Of a stretch of 64,000 nucleotides of DNA, positions 1 to 13,810 are shown piece after piece (position 1 is the stretch's first letter; every line of letters starts with the position of its first letter). The notes below the pieces were generated by a model, which did no database searches, was not told where the DNA came from, and was given only the letters and a program-made list of their open reading frames with translations. Position numbers and translations under genes: made by a program. The stretch is from assembly GCF_036321535.1 (NCBI RefSeq), contig NC_087436.1:38442001-38506000 (forward strand), in the 5' to 3' direction. The DNA is from Camelus dromedarius (lineage: Eukaryota).

Positions 1-1204
1 TTACATATAATGGCACCCAAATTTTGAGGCAGGAAGACTAGGAAAAATAGAAAACAGGAAATAATATACTTTACTAGGCCTTTTTTCATGCATATATTTA
101 TTATTTCTTTAAGACATGTAAGTATTATCAATCTTTGATTAAAAGCATGAAAGAAGAGCAACTTGAAATGGATTTTGACTGAAATAAGAGAATTATAATA
201 ACCTAAAAATAAAACTACATTAATATGCACCTTTTTTTCATAGGAAAATAGATTTAGCTAGAGGTGATACTCAGAGCATTTAATAACTGCTGGGCACAGG
301 CACTAATCAATGCCAGTAGCACTGCTGTCAACAACCAAAACAACCTTATCAGTGCCATCAACTGGATACTAAGCCATCAGTCTGCACGTGATGTGCCCCA
401 CAAAACTGCTCAATATCTTAATATATGAAAGAAATAAATAACATATTTAAGTTATTTATTGTTTACTTACTAGAAGATTTTTGTTTCTTTGGACTGATCA
501 GTTAATACAGGGGGAAAACCCTGATTTTGTTTGTTCAGAAAGAAATTGTGAAACTTTTCCATTAATGGGCAATGGATAATGCAGATATGGTGACCAGCTA
601 CTTGAATTATTAGGGATGACTGAAGAATCCGACAGAGGGAGAAAAAAAAGGAATTCAGAAAAATGACAACAAAGAAGAAAGATGGCCAATGAGCGGTTCC
701 CAGTAGCCAGAGGACTTTTACCTACTGTCCTGATCTAACGTGTTTAACTTCTGTGTTTAATCCTCCTATATTAGCCATCAAATCTAAGACACTTACATGG
801 ATAACCTTGTTGTGGTATACTTTAGAGGAATGGAAAAACCAAGTCTGGTTTTTTTACTTATATTTAGGAAAGAAGTAGAGTAGAAAAAGGACAGAACCTA
901 AAGAAAATGACAAATAGGAATTGAGAAACCAGCAGGAGCAGGAATTTAGAGCAGACTAGAAATCGGCCCACCTTAAAACAAGAATCAATAGAAACAATGG
1001 GCAAAGCCGTATGCCTCTTGCAATATGTAGGATGGAAGTTAGTCTGTTACATTTGGCTGTATCAAGAAAAGGTACTATCAGAAAGCTAGACTACTTGGGA
1101 TTTCTTTGCTTTACTATCTAATAATGCTTGCCATTAGTTTTTTAGTTCTCAGTGTCAAAGAATCTGAAAAGTTATTTTAGAATAGGTACAGATTCATGGC
1201 TTAT

Positions 1205-1205
<1 letters not shown>

Positions 1206-1260
<55 letters not shown>
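1206..1260. repeat. Compound (TA)n(CA)n(TA)n microsatellite
   Basis: Seen directly. Confidence 0.95.
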
Positions 1261-2144
1261 GTGTTTTTCCTTATTCTTTTAGAAACATATACTTCTAAGT
1301 TATTCATATCTTTGGCTCAGTGTTTTCTGCCACATTGTATCATTTTAAAATATTAAATGTCTCCATCAAATAAACCAAAAAATCTCCTCTCTCATCCTAA
1401 AAAAATATAGTCAATCATTCGTTGTTATTCTCACTCAAATGCGTGGATAGTCTGTCACATATTTATTTGGACCATTTGGATGGAAATAAAGAAAAAGAAC
1501 ATTCTTGATGTCAGTTAAGCATAATCACTCATATGGACCATAACTGACATTGAAACCAATTTATTTGTCAATGTTTGTGTAGGAGATGGCTTGGAAATGG
1601 GCCAACTCTTTAAGCCCCACCTGTGTCAAATCAAACCCTGGGAACCAGTCTGGAGGTAGGAATTATGCAATGCAGATAAAAATTTTATTTACTTCTTGGA
1701 ATTCTATTATGTCTAAATTTCTAACATAGAAATTCCTAGAATACTGCTATTCAGAATATTTGAGTGAAGTAAGTTAGACAAAACAAAAGATTGACGAACA
1801 TTATGAATCTCCACATCAGATAATGATTCTTGATTTTTGTGAGGAAATATATTTGCCAATAAAACAGCTTGGAATGCAAGAATTAGGTAGAACAAATAAA
1901 GAACAGATATTAACAGAACAAAGTTGAAGAGTTGCAAAGTCCTAAATGTAACTCTAATCATCGCTGTTCCAGAGGACAGATTATAAACATTCTCAAGATA
2001 GAAAACAAAATAGATTTTGGTCTCTGAGGGTATTAGCAACATGGTATCCATGAAAAAGTAATACATACTAATAGGGTGGGTATCAACAGATTCTTTATCT
2101 TCTTTTGCTAATCCTAAAACATTGAATTTAACAAAACTCTACTG

Positions 2145-3720
2145 ATAGAGGCCATTTCACAATTGATTTTTTTGTGTATTGATTTTGTGTCTTGCAAACT
2201 CGCAAAATTCACTTATTACATTTTGAATAAGTTTGAATATGTTTTTGTAGATTGCATTGGATTTTCTACAGATACAATCTTGCCATCTGTCAATAAAGAC
2301 AGTTTTACTTCTTCCAAATCCTATGCCTTCGGGTTTTCTTCCTCTTTACTACACTGTCTAAACCCTACTGAACAGAAGTGGTGAAAGCAGAAAACCTTCA
2401 CTTGTTCTTGATCTTAGTAAGAAAAATATTCAGTCTTTCATCATGGAGTAGAATTTTAATAGTAAGGTTTTTTTTTATAACTCTTTATCAATTTAAGGAA
2501 GTTTCTTTCTATTCTGAAAGATTTTAATCAGGAATTGATATTAGATTTTGTCAAATATATTCTCTGCATATATTGAGCTGGTCATGGTGTATTAAACTGG
2601 TAGATTACCAAATCTTAAACTAACCTTGCATTCTTGGATTTATATTGGTCATGATGTACTCTCACTTCTATATATGGTTGTATTTGATTTTTGAAAGTTT
2701 CGTTAAGACTTTCTGCATCGATGTTAATGAATGGATGCTGGTCTGTGGTTTTCTTTTCATGTACTGTCTTTGCTTGGTTTTGGTATCAGAGGATTTCTAG
2801 CCTCATGGAATAGTTTGAGAAGCAGTCATTCTTTAAATTTTGGAAGAATTTTTCATGAAATTTATATTATTTCTTCCTTGCATGCTTTGTAGAATTCACC
2901 AATGAATCTAGCTGGGCATGGTTTGTGTGTGTGTGTGTGTGTGTCTGTGTGTGTCTGTGTATCTGTGTGTCTGTGGTGGGGGGAGGTTTCTAACTAAAAA
3001 TTCAATTCCTTTAATATATAGGGCTATTCAGGTTATCTAATTCTTCTTCAATGAGGGTTGACAGCTTTCAAGGACTTTGACCATATCATTTAAGCTATCT
3101 AGATTATTAGTATGAAATGTACATAATAAACCCCTATTATCTTCTTCCCTGTTATCTTTTGAAATATCTGTATAAACTGCAGTTATGTCATCTCTCTTAT
3201 TTTTGATGTTTGCAATATGTATCTCTGCTCTTTTTTTCCTGATCAGTCTGACCAGAGTTTTATCAATATTTTTACTATTCTCAAGGAATCAGTTTTGAGT
3301 TTCATTGATTTTTCTGAATTATTTTGCTTTTTTAATATGGATTTTTGCTGGTATGTTCTTTCCTTTTTTTTTTTTTTTTTTTTCAGCTAACTTTGGATTT
3401 CATTTGCTCCTTTTCTAGTTTCTTAAAGTTAAAACTTAGTTCATTGATGGCCTTCCTTCCTTCCTAAAATGCAATTAGTGCTATAATTTTCTATGTATTG
3501 TTTAGCTCCTCTCTATAAATTTTAACTGTTGTGCTTTAGTTTCATTCAGACCAAAATACTTGCTAATTTTCCTTTTCATTACTTCTGTAAATGATGGTTT
3601 ATTTAAGGCTGTGTTATTTAGTTTCCAAATATTGATTGGTTTATCCCAGTATCTTTCTATTATTGATTTCCAATTTAATTCCTTAATGGTCAGATAATGT
3701 ATTTCATGGTATTAATCATT
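2145..3720 (-). mobile_element. Old LINE-1 (L1M-type) ORF2 fragment, left part
   Basis: T-rich antisense L1 ORF2 signatures (gattttgtcaaat, ggttttggtatcag, tagaattcaccaatgaa); contains (TG)n at ~2924-2973. Confidence 0.8.
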
Positions 3721-3744
3721 TCTTTTCTGTCTTCTCATTCTTTT

Positions 3745-4693
3745 TTTTAAACTTTTTTTTATTGAGTTATAGTCATTTTACAGTGTTGTGTCAAATTCCA
3801 GTGTAGAGCACAATTTTTCAGTTATACATGAACATACATATATTCATTGTCACATTCTTTTTTGCTGTGAGCTACCACAAGATCTTGTATATATTTCCCT
3901 GTGTTATACAGTATAATCTTGTTTATCTATTCTACATATGCCTGTCAGTGTACAAATTTTGAACTCCCAGTCTATCCCTTCCCACCCTCCTCCCCCTTGG
4001 CAACCACAAGTTTGTATTCTATGTCTATGTGTCTGTTTCTGTTTTGCATTTATGTTCTTTTTTTTTTTTTTTTTTTAGATTCCACATATGAGCGATCTCA
4101 TATGGTATTTTTCTTTCTCTTTCTGGCTTACTTCACTTAGAATGACATTCTCCATGAACATCCATGTTGCTGCAAATGGCATTATGTTGTCAGTTTTTAT
4201 GGCTGAATAGTATTCCATTGTATAAATATACTACTTCTTCTTTATCCAGTCATCTGTTGATGGACATTTAGGCTGTTTCCATGTCTTGGCTATAGTGCTG
4301 CTATGAACATTGGGGTGCAGGTGTCTTTTTGAAGTAGGGCTCCTTCTGGATATATGCCCAGGAGTGGGATTCCTGGGTCATATGGTAAGTCTATTCCTAG
4401 TCTTTTGAGGAATCTCCATACTGTTTTTCACAGTGGCTGCATCAAATTGCATTCCCACCAGCAGTGTAGGAGGGTTCCCTTTTCTCCACAGCCTCTCGAG
4501 CATTTGTCATTTGTGGACTTTTGAATGATGGCCATTTTGACTGGTGAGAGGTGATATCTCATTAGTTTTGATTTGTATTTCTCTGATAATTAGTGATATT
4601 GAGCATTTTTTCATGTGCCTACTGATGATTTGTATTTTTTCCTTGGAGAATTGCTTGTTTAGGTCTTCTGTCCATTTTTGGATTGGGTTGTTT
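3745..4693 (-). mobile_element. Younger LINE-1, 3' portion (3' UTR, poly(A), ORF2 C-terminus), non-inverted segment
   Basis: Poly-T plus tttattgag end; well-preserved antisense L1 3' sequence (gctgaatagtattccattgta, cattcccaccagcagtgtaggagggttccc). Confidence 0.9.
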
Positions 4694-5538
4694 AAGGAAA
4701 TTTAATAAGACTTAAAAAAATGGAAAGATATCCCATGGTCCTGGATTGGAAGAATCAATATTGTTAAAATGGTCATACTGCCCAAGGCAATCCACAGATT
4801 TAATGCAATCCCTATCAAATTACCCAGAACATATTTCACAGAACTACAATAAATCATAATAAAATTTATATGGAACCGCAGAAGACCTAGAATTGCCGAA
4901 ACATTACTGAAGAAAAAGAGGCTGGAGGAATTACTCTCCTAGACTTCAGACAATACTATAGAGCTACAGTAATCAAGACAGCATGGTATTGGTACAAAAA
5001 CAGACATATGGACCAATGGAACAGAACAGAGAGCCTAGGAAAGAACCCACAAACTTTTGGTCAACTAATCTTCAACAAAGGAGGCAAGAATATACAATGG
5101 AATAAAGACAGTCTCTTCAGCAAATGGTATTGGGAAAACTGGACAGCAGCATGTAAAGCAATGAAGCTAGAACACTCCCTTACACCATACACAAAAATCA
5201 ACTCAAAATGGATCAAAGACTTAAACATAAGGCAAGATAAAATAAACCTCCTAGAAGAAAATATAGGCAAAACATTATCTCACATACATCTCAAAAATGT
5301 TCTCCTAGGGCAGTCTACCCAAGCAATAGAAATAAAAGCAAGCATAAACAAATGGGACCTAATGAAACTTACAAGCTTCTGCACAGCAAAGGAAACCATA
5401 AGTAAAACAAAACAACAACCTATGGAATGGGAGAAAATTTTTACAAACAATGAAACCAACAAAGGCTTGATCTCCAGAATATATAAGCACCTTATATGAC
5501 TTAATAAGGAAAAAAACAAACAACCTAATCCAAAAATG
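4694..5538 (+). mobile_element. Inverted 5' segment of the same LINE-1 (ORF2 fragment)
   Basis: ORF 5008-5499 translates to L1 ORF2 (DQWNRTE...KDSLFSKWYWENW...YTKINSKWIKDLN...KWDLMKLTSFCTAKET). Confidence 0.92.
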
Positions 5539-5539
5539 A

Positions 5540-5830
5540 TTTTAATCTTTTAAATTTTATTTAAATTTATTTTATGACTCAGCATATGATCTGTCTTGAC
5601 AAATACACCGTGCCCTAGAGAAGAATGTGTACTCTGCTGCTGTTATTTGGAGGGTACTGTAAATGTCAATTAGGTCAAGTAGGTTGATAATGGTGTTCAA
5701 CTTTACAACCTAGTATTCTATCTTCTTATTCTGTTATTTATTGGAAATGAGTGTTGAAATTTCCAACTATAATGGTGGATTTATTTATTTCTCCTTACAT
5801 TTCTATCAGTTTTTGTTAAATCAATATTTA
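5540..5830 (-). mobile_element. Old LINE-1 fragment, right continuation of the element at 2145-3720
   Basis: Resumes the L1M consensus (gagaagaatgtgtactctgctg...taaatgtcaattaggtcaagt) where the left part stops. Confidence 0.75.
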
Positions 5831-5839
5831 GAATTGTGT

Positions 5840-7286
5840 GCCAGTGCCACCAAAAAGTGGGATGTTGCTGTAACAGCCACCTAAGAATGTGAAAGTGGCT
5901 TTGGAACTAAATAATGGATAGAGGATGGGGGAATTTTGAGGTGCATGAAATAAATATGAACATTAAGGACAATTCTGATGAAAGCTCAGAAAGAAAAGGG
6001 GCCAGAGAAAGCCTCCATTCTTAGAGAACATACAAATAATCATGAATAGATTCTTGGCAGAAATACAGATGGTAAAGGCCATTCTGGCAAGGTCTCAGAT
6101 AGAAATGAGGAACACGTTACTGGAACCCCGAGGAAAGCTGATCCTTGCTATAAAGTGGCAAATAACTTGGGTAAATTGTATTCATGTCCTAGTGTTCTGT
6201 AGAAGATAGAACTTGCAAGCAGTGAAACTGGATATTTAGCAGAGGAAATTTCTAAGCAAAGTATTGAAGGAGTAGCTTGATCCCTCCTGACTACTTACAG
6301 TAAAATGCCAAAGGAAAAAATAAATTGAAGATATAATTGTTAAGTAAAAAGGAACCAGAACTTGGAGCTCTGAAAAAATCTCAGCCTATCCATATTGCAA
6401 AAATGAGAAAGTCTGTTCTGAAGAGAACAGTAACTGTCTGTCTGAACAGTCATTTGATAAAGAGATGATGAGTGTGGCTCACGAAATTATCAGGCATCTC
6501 AACAGAGACCTGGAATAAAAATAGGATTAAACCAGCAAGGACACTGTCAGCTGAACAAAAGGAGACAGAGAAAGCAGGAGAGAATGAAGGAAGGCTGTCA
6601 AATTTCTGTAAACATGTACCATTCTTTAAGAAAAGGGAAGGGCGAAGGATCCCAAAGGTGATTCAAAGATCATCAGGGTTCCCACCCCCACCAAAGACCC
6701 AGTGTGCAAAGGCCCAGGGGAAATGTCAGACAAGGCTACTTCCACCTTGGTTTTCAGAAGGGGGACCACTGCCCCCACATAAAGCCCCAGTGTGGGTAGG
6801 GCCTGTGCAGAAAGCCTTGGCCCTGGCTAGTCACAAGCATGGGGTCAACCAGGTAAGCTGTGGGAGTGACTTTACCTATTTAGTGGGCCTGAAGGACAAA
6901 CCTTCAAACCGAGAAGGATTATTCTTGCACTTTAATATCTAATGGATTTGCCTTGCCAGGTTTTAGACTTCCTTAGGACCCCTCACTCCTCCCTTCTCTC
7001 CTGTTTCTTCCTTTTGGAAGGGAATGTCTATCCTATGTCTGTCTCACCATTGTATTTTGGAAGAGAACAACTTGCCTGATTTCACAGGTTCACAGCTGGA
7101 GAAGAATTTTGCTCCAGAATGAATTGTACCCTGAGTCTCATTCATATCTGATTTAGATGATATTCAGAAGAGACTTGAGGCTTCAGAGTTGATGCTAGAA
7201 CAAGTTAAGGCTTTAGAGATGTTAGGATGGAATGAATATACTTTGCATGAAGGAAGAAAATGAACTTTGGGAGGCCAGGGGTGGAA
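5840..7286 (+). mobile_element. MaLR (MLT1/MST-type) internal sequence
   Basis: Typical MaLR-int start (aagtgggatgttgctgtaac..aatgtgaaagtggctttggaact) and purine tract gggaggccaggggtggaa just before the LTR. Confidence 0.8.
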
Positions 7287-7636
7287 TGTTATGGACTGAA
7301 TCTTTCTGTCCCCCCAAAATTCATATGTTGAAGCCCTAACCCCCCAATGTGATGGTATTAGGAGTTGGAGATCTTTGGGAAGTAATTAGGTTTTAGATGA
7401 GGTCATGACAGTGAAGCTCCCATGATGAGATTAGTGCCCTTATAAGAGGAAGAGACACCATAGTTTCCTTTCTCTGCCACGTGTGAGCATAGCAAAAGGA
7501 CAGCCATCCGCAAGCCAGGAAAAAGGCATCCTGACTTTGGACTTCTCAGCCTCTCTAACTGTGAGAAATGCATTTCTATTGTTTCAGCCACCCACTCTAT
7601 GGTATTTTCCTATGACGATCTGAGCAAAGTAATACA
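7287..7636 (+). mobile_element. MaLR 3' LTR (MLT1A/B-like)
   Basis: TG...CA ends; tgttatggactgaa...cccccaaaattcatatgttgaagccctaacccccaatgtgatggtatt...taataca. Confidence 0.85.
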
Positions 7637-8166
7637 TCCAGTGATATGTTGTGATAGAGATTAGGAAATTCAAACATTGGAGCTTGTTATAAAGGTATAT
7701 AGTAGACTCTCAATAAACCTAACTTACTGAATAAATATAGGTTAAGAGAATTAAGAATTAAGAAGAATTTCTCACAAGAACATAGGATAAGGAAATGTCT
7801 TATGAATAAGAAGATAGATGTTGGGAGAGAGGTTACTTTGTGCTGAACTAAACAAAAAGGACATAAATGGTTGTCCAGGATTTTACAGAATTTTATAGAC
7901 AGAAAAAAAAGTAACAGAAAGTATTTCAGGAAATGAGAATTAAATGAAAAGAAGTGGAAAATGAGAAGTATGAGGTATATGAGAGTAGTGTGTAAATTAA
8001 ACTGCTTGTAGTGGAAAATCCATGTAGAGAAGTGTAAGAGATAATATAGGACAAAGGCATTTAATCTGTATTGGATAGAGACTTGAATAGTAGGCCATTG
8101 CATTTGGATATTATTATAAAGGCTACTAAAGAGTTTTCCACAGGGACAGACATTATATGAAACATC

Positions 8167-8664
8167 TGCTACGCCCTGATTCATTTTCTTTGCTTCTTCC
8201 CCTAAAGCTGACTCAATTGCTTACTGCAGGCTTAGCCCCACTGCAGTTTACAACCTCAGTAACACTAACATATTAGCCTCTCCAGACACTATGATCCAGC
8301 ACTGACAGCTGGATTTCCTCAAGCCTAGAGCCTCCTTCATCACCAACCAAAATCAGGGTCCAGCAAAAGAGGACTCAGCTTGGGGCGATCATGGAGCCAG
8401 ATTCTGCTCGCCTAATCCATCAGACCGAGTGTCTGGCTCTTTCCTTCTTTCTATTTTCTGCCAAGTTAATTAGCCTAAAATCCCAGTCCCACAATCAACC
8501 TATTCCACCCACCACACAAACGACAGAGTTGGAATCCTATTTTTGAACCCCAGCAAGTAATAGGGGCTCCTAGTTCTCTGCTTCAATCGTGATAAGCTCT
8601 TTCTTCATCTGATTACTTGTCCCCTGCTGGCAAGGGATCTACCAAATGGGAGGACTTTGTGACA
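8167..8664. mobile_element. Possible ancient solo LTR
   Basis: About 500 bp GC-richer block bounded by TG...tttgtgaCA; family not identified. Confidence 0.3.
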
Positions 8665-10521
8665 AGCACTGTGACCTTCTTGAATTCCAAAATTGCTATT
8701 TAATATGGTTTACTGCTATTCTCCAGGAGAAAGAATGATTCCTGTCACTATAACTTCCCACTTAACTGCTGGAGCTTGTGAGCCTGCCATAAACCAGACT
8801 ATACATGTGGGTTGGGTTGCTAAGGTTCCGTTTCATCTACTGTGTTTTCCTCCTTTCCTAGCAGGTTGAGAATTACTGTAGGCCCAGGATATCGTATATC
8901 TATGCCCATCCAAATTTAATATGGCCATCATCCTGCTATTAGAGAAAAAAAAAAAAAACTTTAACAACTTAGCAATATGTACTGATTGAACTCCGAACAA
9001 CTTGCTACAAATTGAGGTTTCTCAAAAATCTGTCTCAAGTTTTCCTTTTTCAATTATCTATTATTATTCAACAAAGCTGGTCACTGAGCTGCCACTGGAA
9101 TGTTACTAACTTTCTCCCTACATCTGGGCTTTGGCTGACAATTCTTTCTTAACCAGCCATTACCAACTACCTTCCCTCCTAATACTAGAATCATATTCCT
9201 ATTTCAAGACTCAGTTGAAAACCTTCCCTTCAAAGTGATTTACTTAAGGGTACGGGGCTGAGGTAGGAGGACAGGATGCTAGGTAGTAGAAGCTACTCTA
9301 GAAAGTTCCACAAAGGCAGGCACCTCAAACATACTAGACTAGGAGGCCTCTTGAGAGTCAAGTCATAAAAAGTACATCCTTATCCTTTGTCCAAGAGACC
9401 TTGTAGACTTTTCATCTTTATCAGACAAAAAATAGCTTCTAGTATAGCCAAAAAGCATTGTTTATATTACCCTAAATTCCCTTTTGATTAGTTATGGCAA
9501 AATCAAAAGCAGTGCAAATGAAAATGGCATAAAAACAGAGCCTATCACTTTTAGAAGTGTTAATGAATGCCCCGTGGATTTTTTTTTAATTGCATGAGAA
9601 CAGACAAGGAAATGTCTCCATAAAACTGTCACTTCTCAGGGGAAAGTGTTAATGCTATGCAAATTAAAATTTGAAAGTCTACTTAACTGAAATCAGCAAC
9701 ACCAAGAGTTGTGCATATGGAAAACACAATTCATCAGCCCTGAGAACAGAGCTGCCCAAGCTTTGATGGCTATACATAGCTCCAGCTTAGCCATTTTAGA
9801 GAATGTGCTCATTTTATGTTACAAAGTAAGCAAGGAGTTTTAAGACTTTGAAGAGATTTTCCCAGGTTGGGAACCTGGTAGGGTGGGGTTGGAGGGTTAA
9901 CCTGATTTCTCTTCTTGAGAAAATTTCATAAAGGCTAAAGAATTCTTGAGAAATGGGCGTAACTGTACATGCATCTCCTTAAGAAACTTTTCATTCAATG
10001 CAAGTCAAATTACTCTATTAGATAAATATAATTTCTTAAAAGTTTGAAATAAAATTTTTGGATTTGGCTATAAATATTAAAACATATATTAAGTAGCATT
10101 CCTATTCTTTTTATATAATTTAAATGTTTAAAAGGCAGTTATATTCCCACTCTTTTTCTCATTTCTCACCAGCTTCAGGCAAAAAATTTAACCATATTAC
10201 TCTCTGGTAGCACAGTCAGAAAAAAATCATTAGTCACAGTGTGCATAATCTTTATAAATTTTAGCTTGGCATTAGTTAATAGAAAGCCAGAGGCTTTCCA
10301 ACCTCAAAAAGATATATTGCTCTGTTAAGAGTTAATAGATATATATTATGTATATATTATTGCTCTGGGTGACCAGCTAGAACACTGAAGAAAATTTAAG
10401 AAGAAAAGGTAGTATTTTACATAAAGAAATGAAAAATCAATAATTTAAGGTAAAAAAAAACTTTTTAATTTACTTGGAATAACATTTACTGTACAGAGTG
10501 ATTCACCACTTTTCAAAAGTT

Positions 10522-11330
10522 TCATTTATTCAAGAAATATTTACTGAGCGCCTGCCAAGTGCCCTCTGCACAGGGAGCTGTGCAACTTAAGAAAGAAACA
10601 GAGACACCTGCTTGACCTTATGGAGCACCATCTGACAAGACCGCTGATCTAAATATCAGCAGTAGTGCAAAAGGATACATGCTGTGATAAATCTATTTAC
10701 AAAATACTGTCGGGAATAGAGAAACCAAACATTTGGGAAGCTGTGATGGTGAATAAAATGGATGTTTGAAGAACATTTCTTAGAGAAAGTGACCTTTGAG
10801 CTAGATAGACCTTGAAAGATGAGAATGATTTCATTAAGCTGAGAAATAACGAAAGGTCAGTCCTGACAGTGAGACCAGACTGATGAGAAGAGCCAAAGTT
10901 GCAGGAACACAAAGTAACCTTCAGGGACATTAAATACTCTAGACCTATGCTTCTCAAAGTGTGGCCCAGGGACCAGCAGAAGCAGCATCCCCTGGAAGCT
11001 TGTTAGGAATGCAGAACCTCAGATCTTCTAAAGTAGGGTCTGCATTTTAATAAGATCCCTGGTGAGCTGTAGGCACATTAAAATTTACGAAACACTAGTC
11101 CGGAGTCTATGGTAAAGGGGAGAAAAATGATGTGAGAGATGAAAAGACAGATGAGTGTCCTTGATATATGCCATTAAGTTTATGCTGATTAGAAGGATTT
11201 AAAGGGTTTCTTAAACAATGGAGTGATGTAATCTGTGAATTACAGGATAGTCTTGGTGGCAATGTAGAGAAATGTTTGTGTGGAGAGAGAACTGGACCCA
11301 GGAAGATCACTTACAGGGCTACAAAAACAT
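10522..11330 (-). mobile_element. L2 fragments interrupted by MER5A
   Basis: L2 3'-end signature (tcatttattcaagaaatatttactgagcgcct...gtgcc) and purine-rich L2 body. Confidence 0.6.
10945..11098. mobile_element. MER5A-like hAT-Charlie DNA transposon
   Basis: cttctcaaagtgtggcccagggaccagcag...tgttaggaatgcagaa...tgcattttaataagatccc...aaacactag. Confidence 0.8.
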
Positions 11331-12739
11331 AGGAAAGATGGCTACTATTTATTAAATGACTGCTACATGTCAGACATCGTAGTATACACTTCATATTTTA
11401 TATGTGTTATTTAATATTCCCATAATCCCCATTCTACAGATGAGAAACAATGTAAAAGAGGTTTTTTAAATCTGGTCAAAGTCATATGATGAGTAAGCTG
11501 CAGAAGAACCCTAACATCAGTATAATTTCAGATTTTGAGTTCTACCTCCAAAATATACCCCAAATCCACCTACTTCACTTCATCTCCACCCTAGTGTATA
11601 ACACCACCATCTTATGAATTACCACAATAGTCTATCAGCCTCTATTCTTGCTGCAGTCCATCTTCTATGCAGCAGCCTAAGTGATCGTTTAAAAATAGAA
11701 ATCCTCTATTTAGTATCAACTATATAATAAAATGCAATTTTTTAAACCATAGCTCCCAAATCCCTAATAATTTGGACCCTGTCTTGTATCTGAGATCCCA
11801 TCTTCTAACACACTCCACCATCACTGTATTCTGTCGCACTATGCATTAAATAACATGACGTTTCTCCCCCTCAGGATTTTGCATTTATGGTATGCTTTGC
11901 CGAGCTCACTTTTGTCCCAGCTCTTTGCATGATGACTGGCTCCAAATCAAAGATAATTTGTTGATCTCAGTCAGCAGGGTTCATCTCTCAATCCCTGTCT
12001 CCTGTATAACTGTTTGCATACCAGCTGCTGAGACTCTCCCCCTTCTTCTAAGGGCATTAGAGTACCTTGTTGGCTCCACTCAGTGCCTATTTTCACAACT
12101 GAGTATAAGTTATCAGCATAATTTTTCATTTCCCATTTTAGAAATAAAATATCAAGTTGTGGAAAAGTAAATGGGAAAACAGGAGACAGTAGTAATGTAT
12201 AATAAAACATCTTCCCCCTCAACTATAATAACTCTCATTTGGAATTAGGCCTGAAAACCATCAGTTTCCCAGAAGCTTGTTTTTTCAAGCTGATGGAGAA
12301 GTTCTTGACTAGATATACTCAGTTATCTGCCTTGATCTAGGATGCAAGGATGAAAGATCAAGAATGTGCACTAAATTCATATTAAAACTCTCTTCACATA
12401 CCACTCGGCAATTTAAAATCAGTTTGTATATCTTTTATCCCATTTGACTGCACACTAATCATATGAATTAAACAATGGACAGCAAGAATTTTCTACTGGG
12501 TTATTCTCATCACCATATATTATTCTCTTTATATTAAAAAAATTTTAAAGACTTCTCTTGAACCGACTTCTTTTCAGAAACTACCACATTATGTGCTACT
12601 TTTTGTACAAAAACTCCTCTAAAGATCTTCTTCAATCCACTCCAGTTTGGTTTTTGCCTGCACCATTCCCCAGAAACTGCTCTTGGCAACTTTGATGAAA
12701 CTGACCAATTCTTTAAAAGACCCAAAGTATCATACCTCA

Positions 12740-13810
12740 CTCAAGACGGAAAAGGTAATCTCAACAGTCCTGTATCTATTAAAGAAATTGAATTTTTCCT
12801 TAAAAACGTTCCAACAAAGAAAACTCCAGGTTCAAATATTTTCACTGGTAAATTCTACCCAAACTTTAATAAAGAAATAAAATAAATTATACACAACTTG
12901 CTGCAGATACTAGAAGAGGAGAAAATACTTCCCAATTCATTTTATAAAAGTAGCATTACCCTGACATCAAAACCAGATAAAGATATTATGAGGAAAGAAA
13001 AGCACAGACTAATATCCATTATGAAAACAGATGTAAAATTCTTCAACAAACTATTAGCAAACCCAGTCCAGCAATAAATAAAAAGAATGGTGCATCATGA
13101 CCAAGTGGAGTTTATACCAGTATGTAAGACTGGGGCAACATTAAAAAAATCAACCAATGGGACTTCCACTTTCATTCAACATTGATTAAGAGAGGCTAGA
13201 TTTACATTCCTTCTTGAAACAACTGAAGAAACAGACAAAACACATGAAACAACATCATTCAGAATACTGGATATCAGGCAATGAAGGACAGTAATCCTTT
13301 GGAGACGGGGAAAAATTGAGGTGAGCCCTACAAAAAATGTTAAAGTCCTTCAAGCAGAAGTAAAATGATACCAGATGAAAACTTGTATCTCCTCAATGGA
13401 CGTAAGAGCCATTGGATCTGGTAATCAAGAGGGTAAATATAAAGAAAGTTTCTAAATTATTATTTAAATATATTTCGATATACATTTCAAATATAATCAA
13501 CTGTTCAAAGTGAAAATGATAATATATTAGGTGCTTAATAACATCTAGAAGTGAAGCGTATGACAACAGGAGCAGAAAGGCAGAGGGAAGTAATGGAAGT
13601 CTACTTAAAGTCTTCATTCTGTGTGTGAAATACTAACTATCACTTGGAGGTAGACTGTGATGAAGTAAAGATGTATAATACACACTTTAAAATAACCTAG
13701 CAAGTAATAAAGCAAAGAGTTACAGCTAATAAACTACGCAGGTAAAATGGAATCCAAAAAAGGGCACAATTAATCCATTAGATGACAAAATTTAAAAAGA
13801 AGGAAAAGGA
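12740..13810 (+). mobile_element. Old L1 fragments (ORF2 RT region 12740-13157, then 5' UTR/ORF1/inter-ORF pieces)
   Basis: aaactccagg...ttcactggtaaattctacc and agcattaccctgacatcaaaaccaga L1 ORF2 signatures; L1M 5'-type sequence follows. Confidence 0.7.

Noticed and set aside
5008..5499. 163-aa ORF as a host gene
   Set aside because: It is a fragment of L1 ORF2 within a truncated, inverted element
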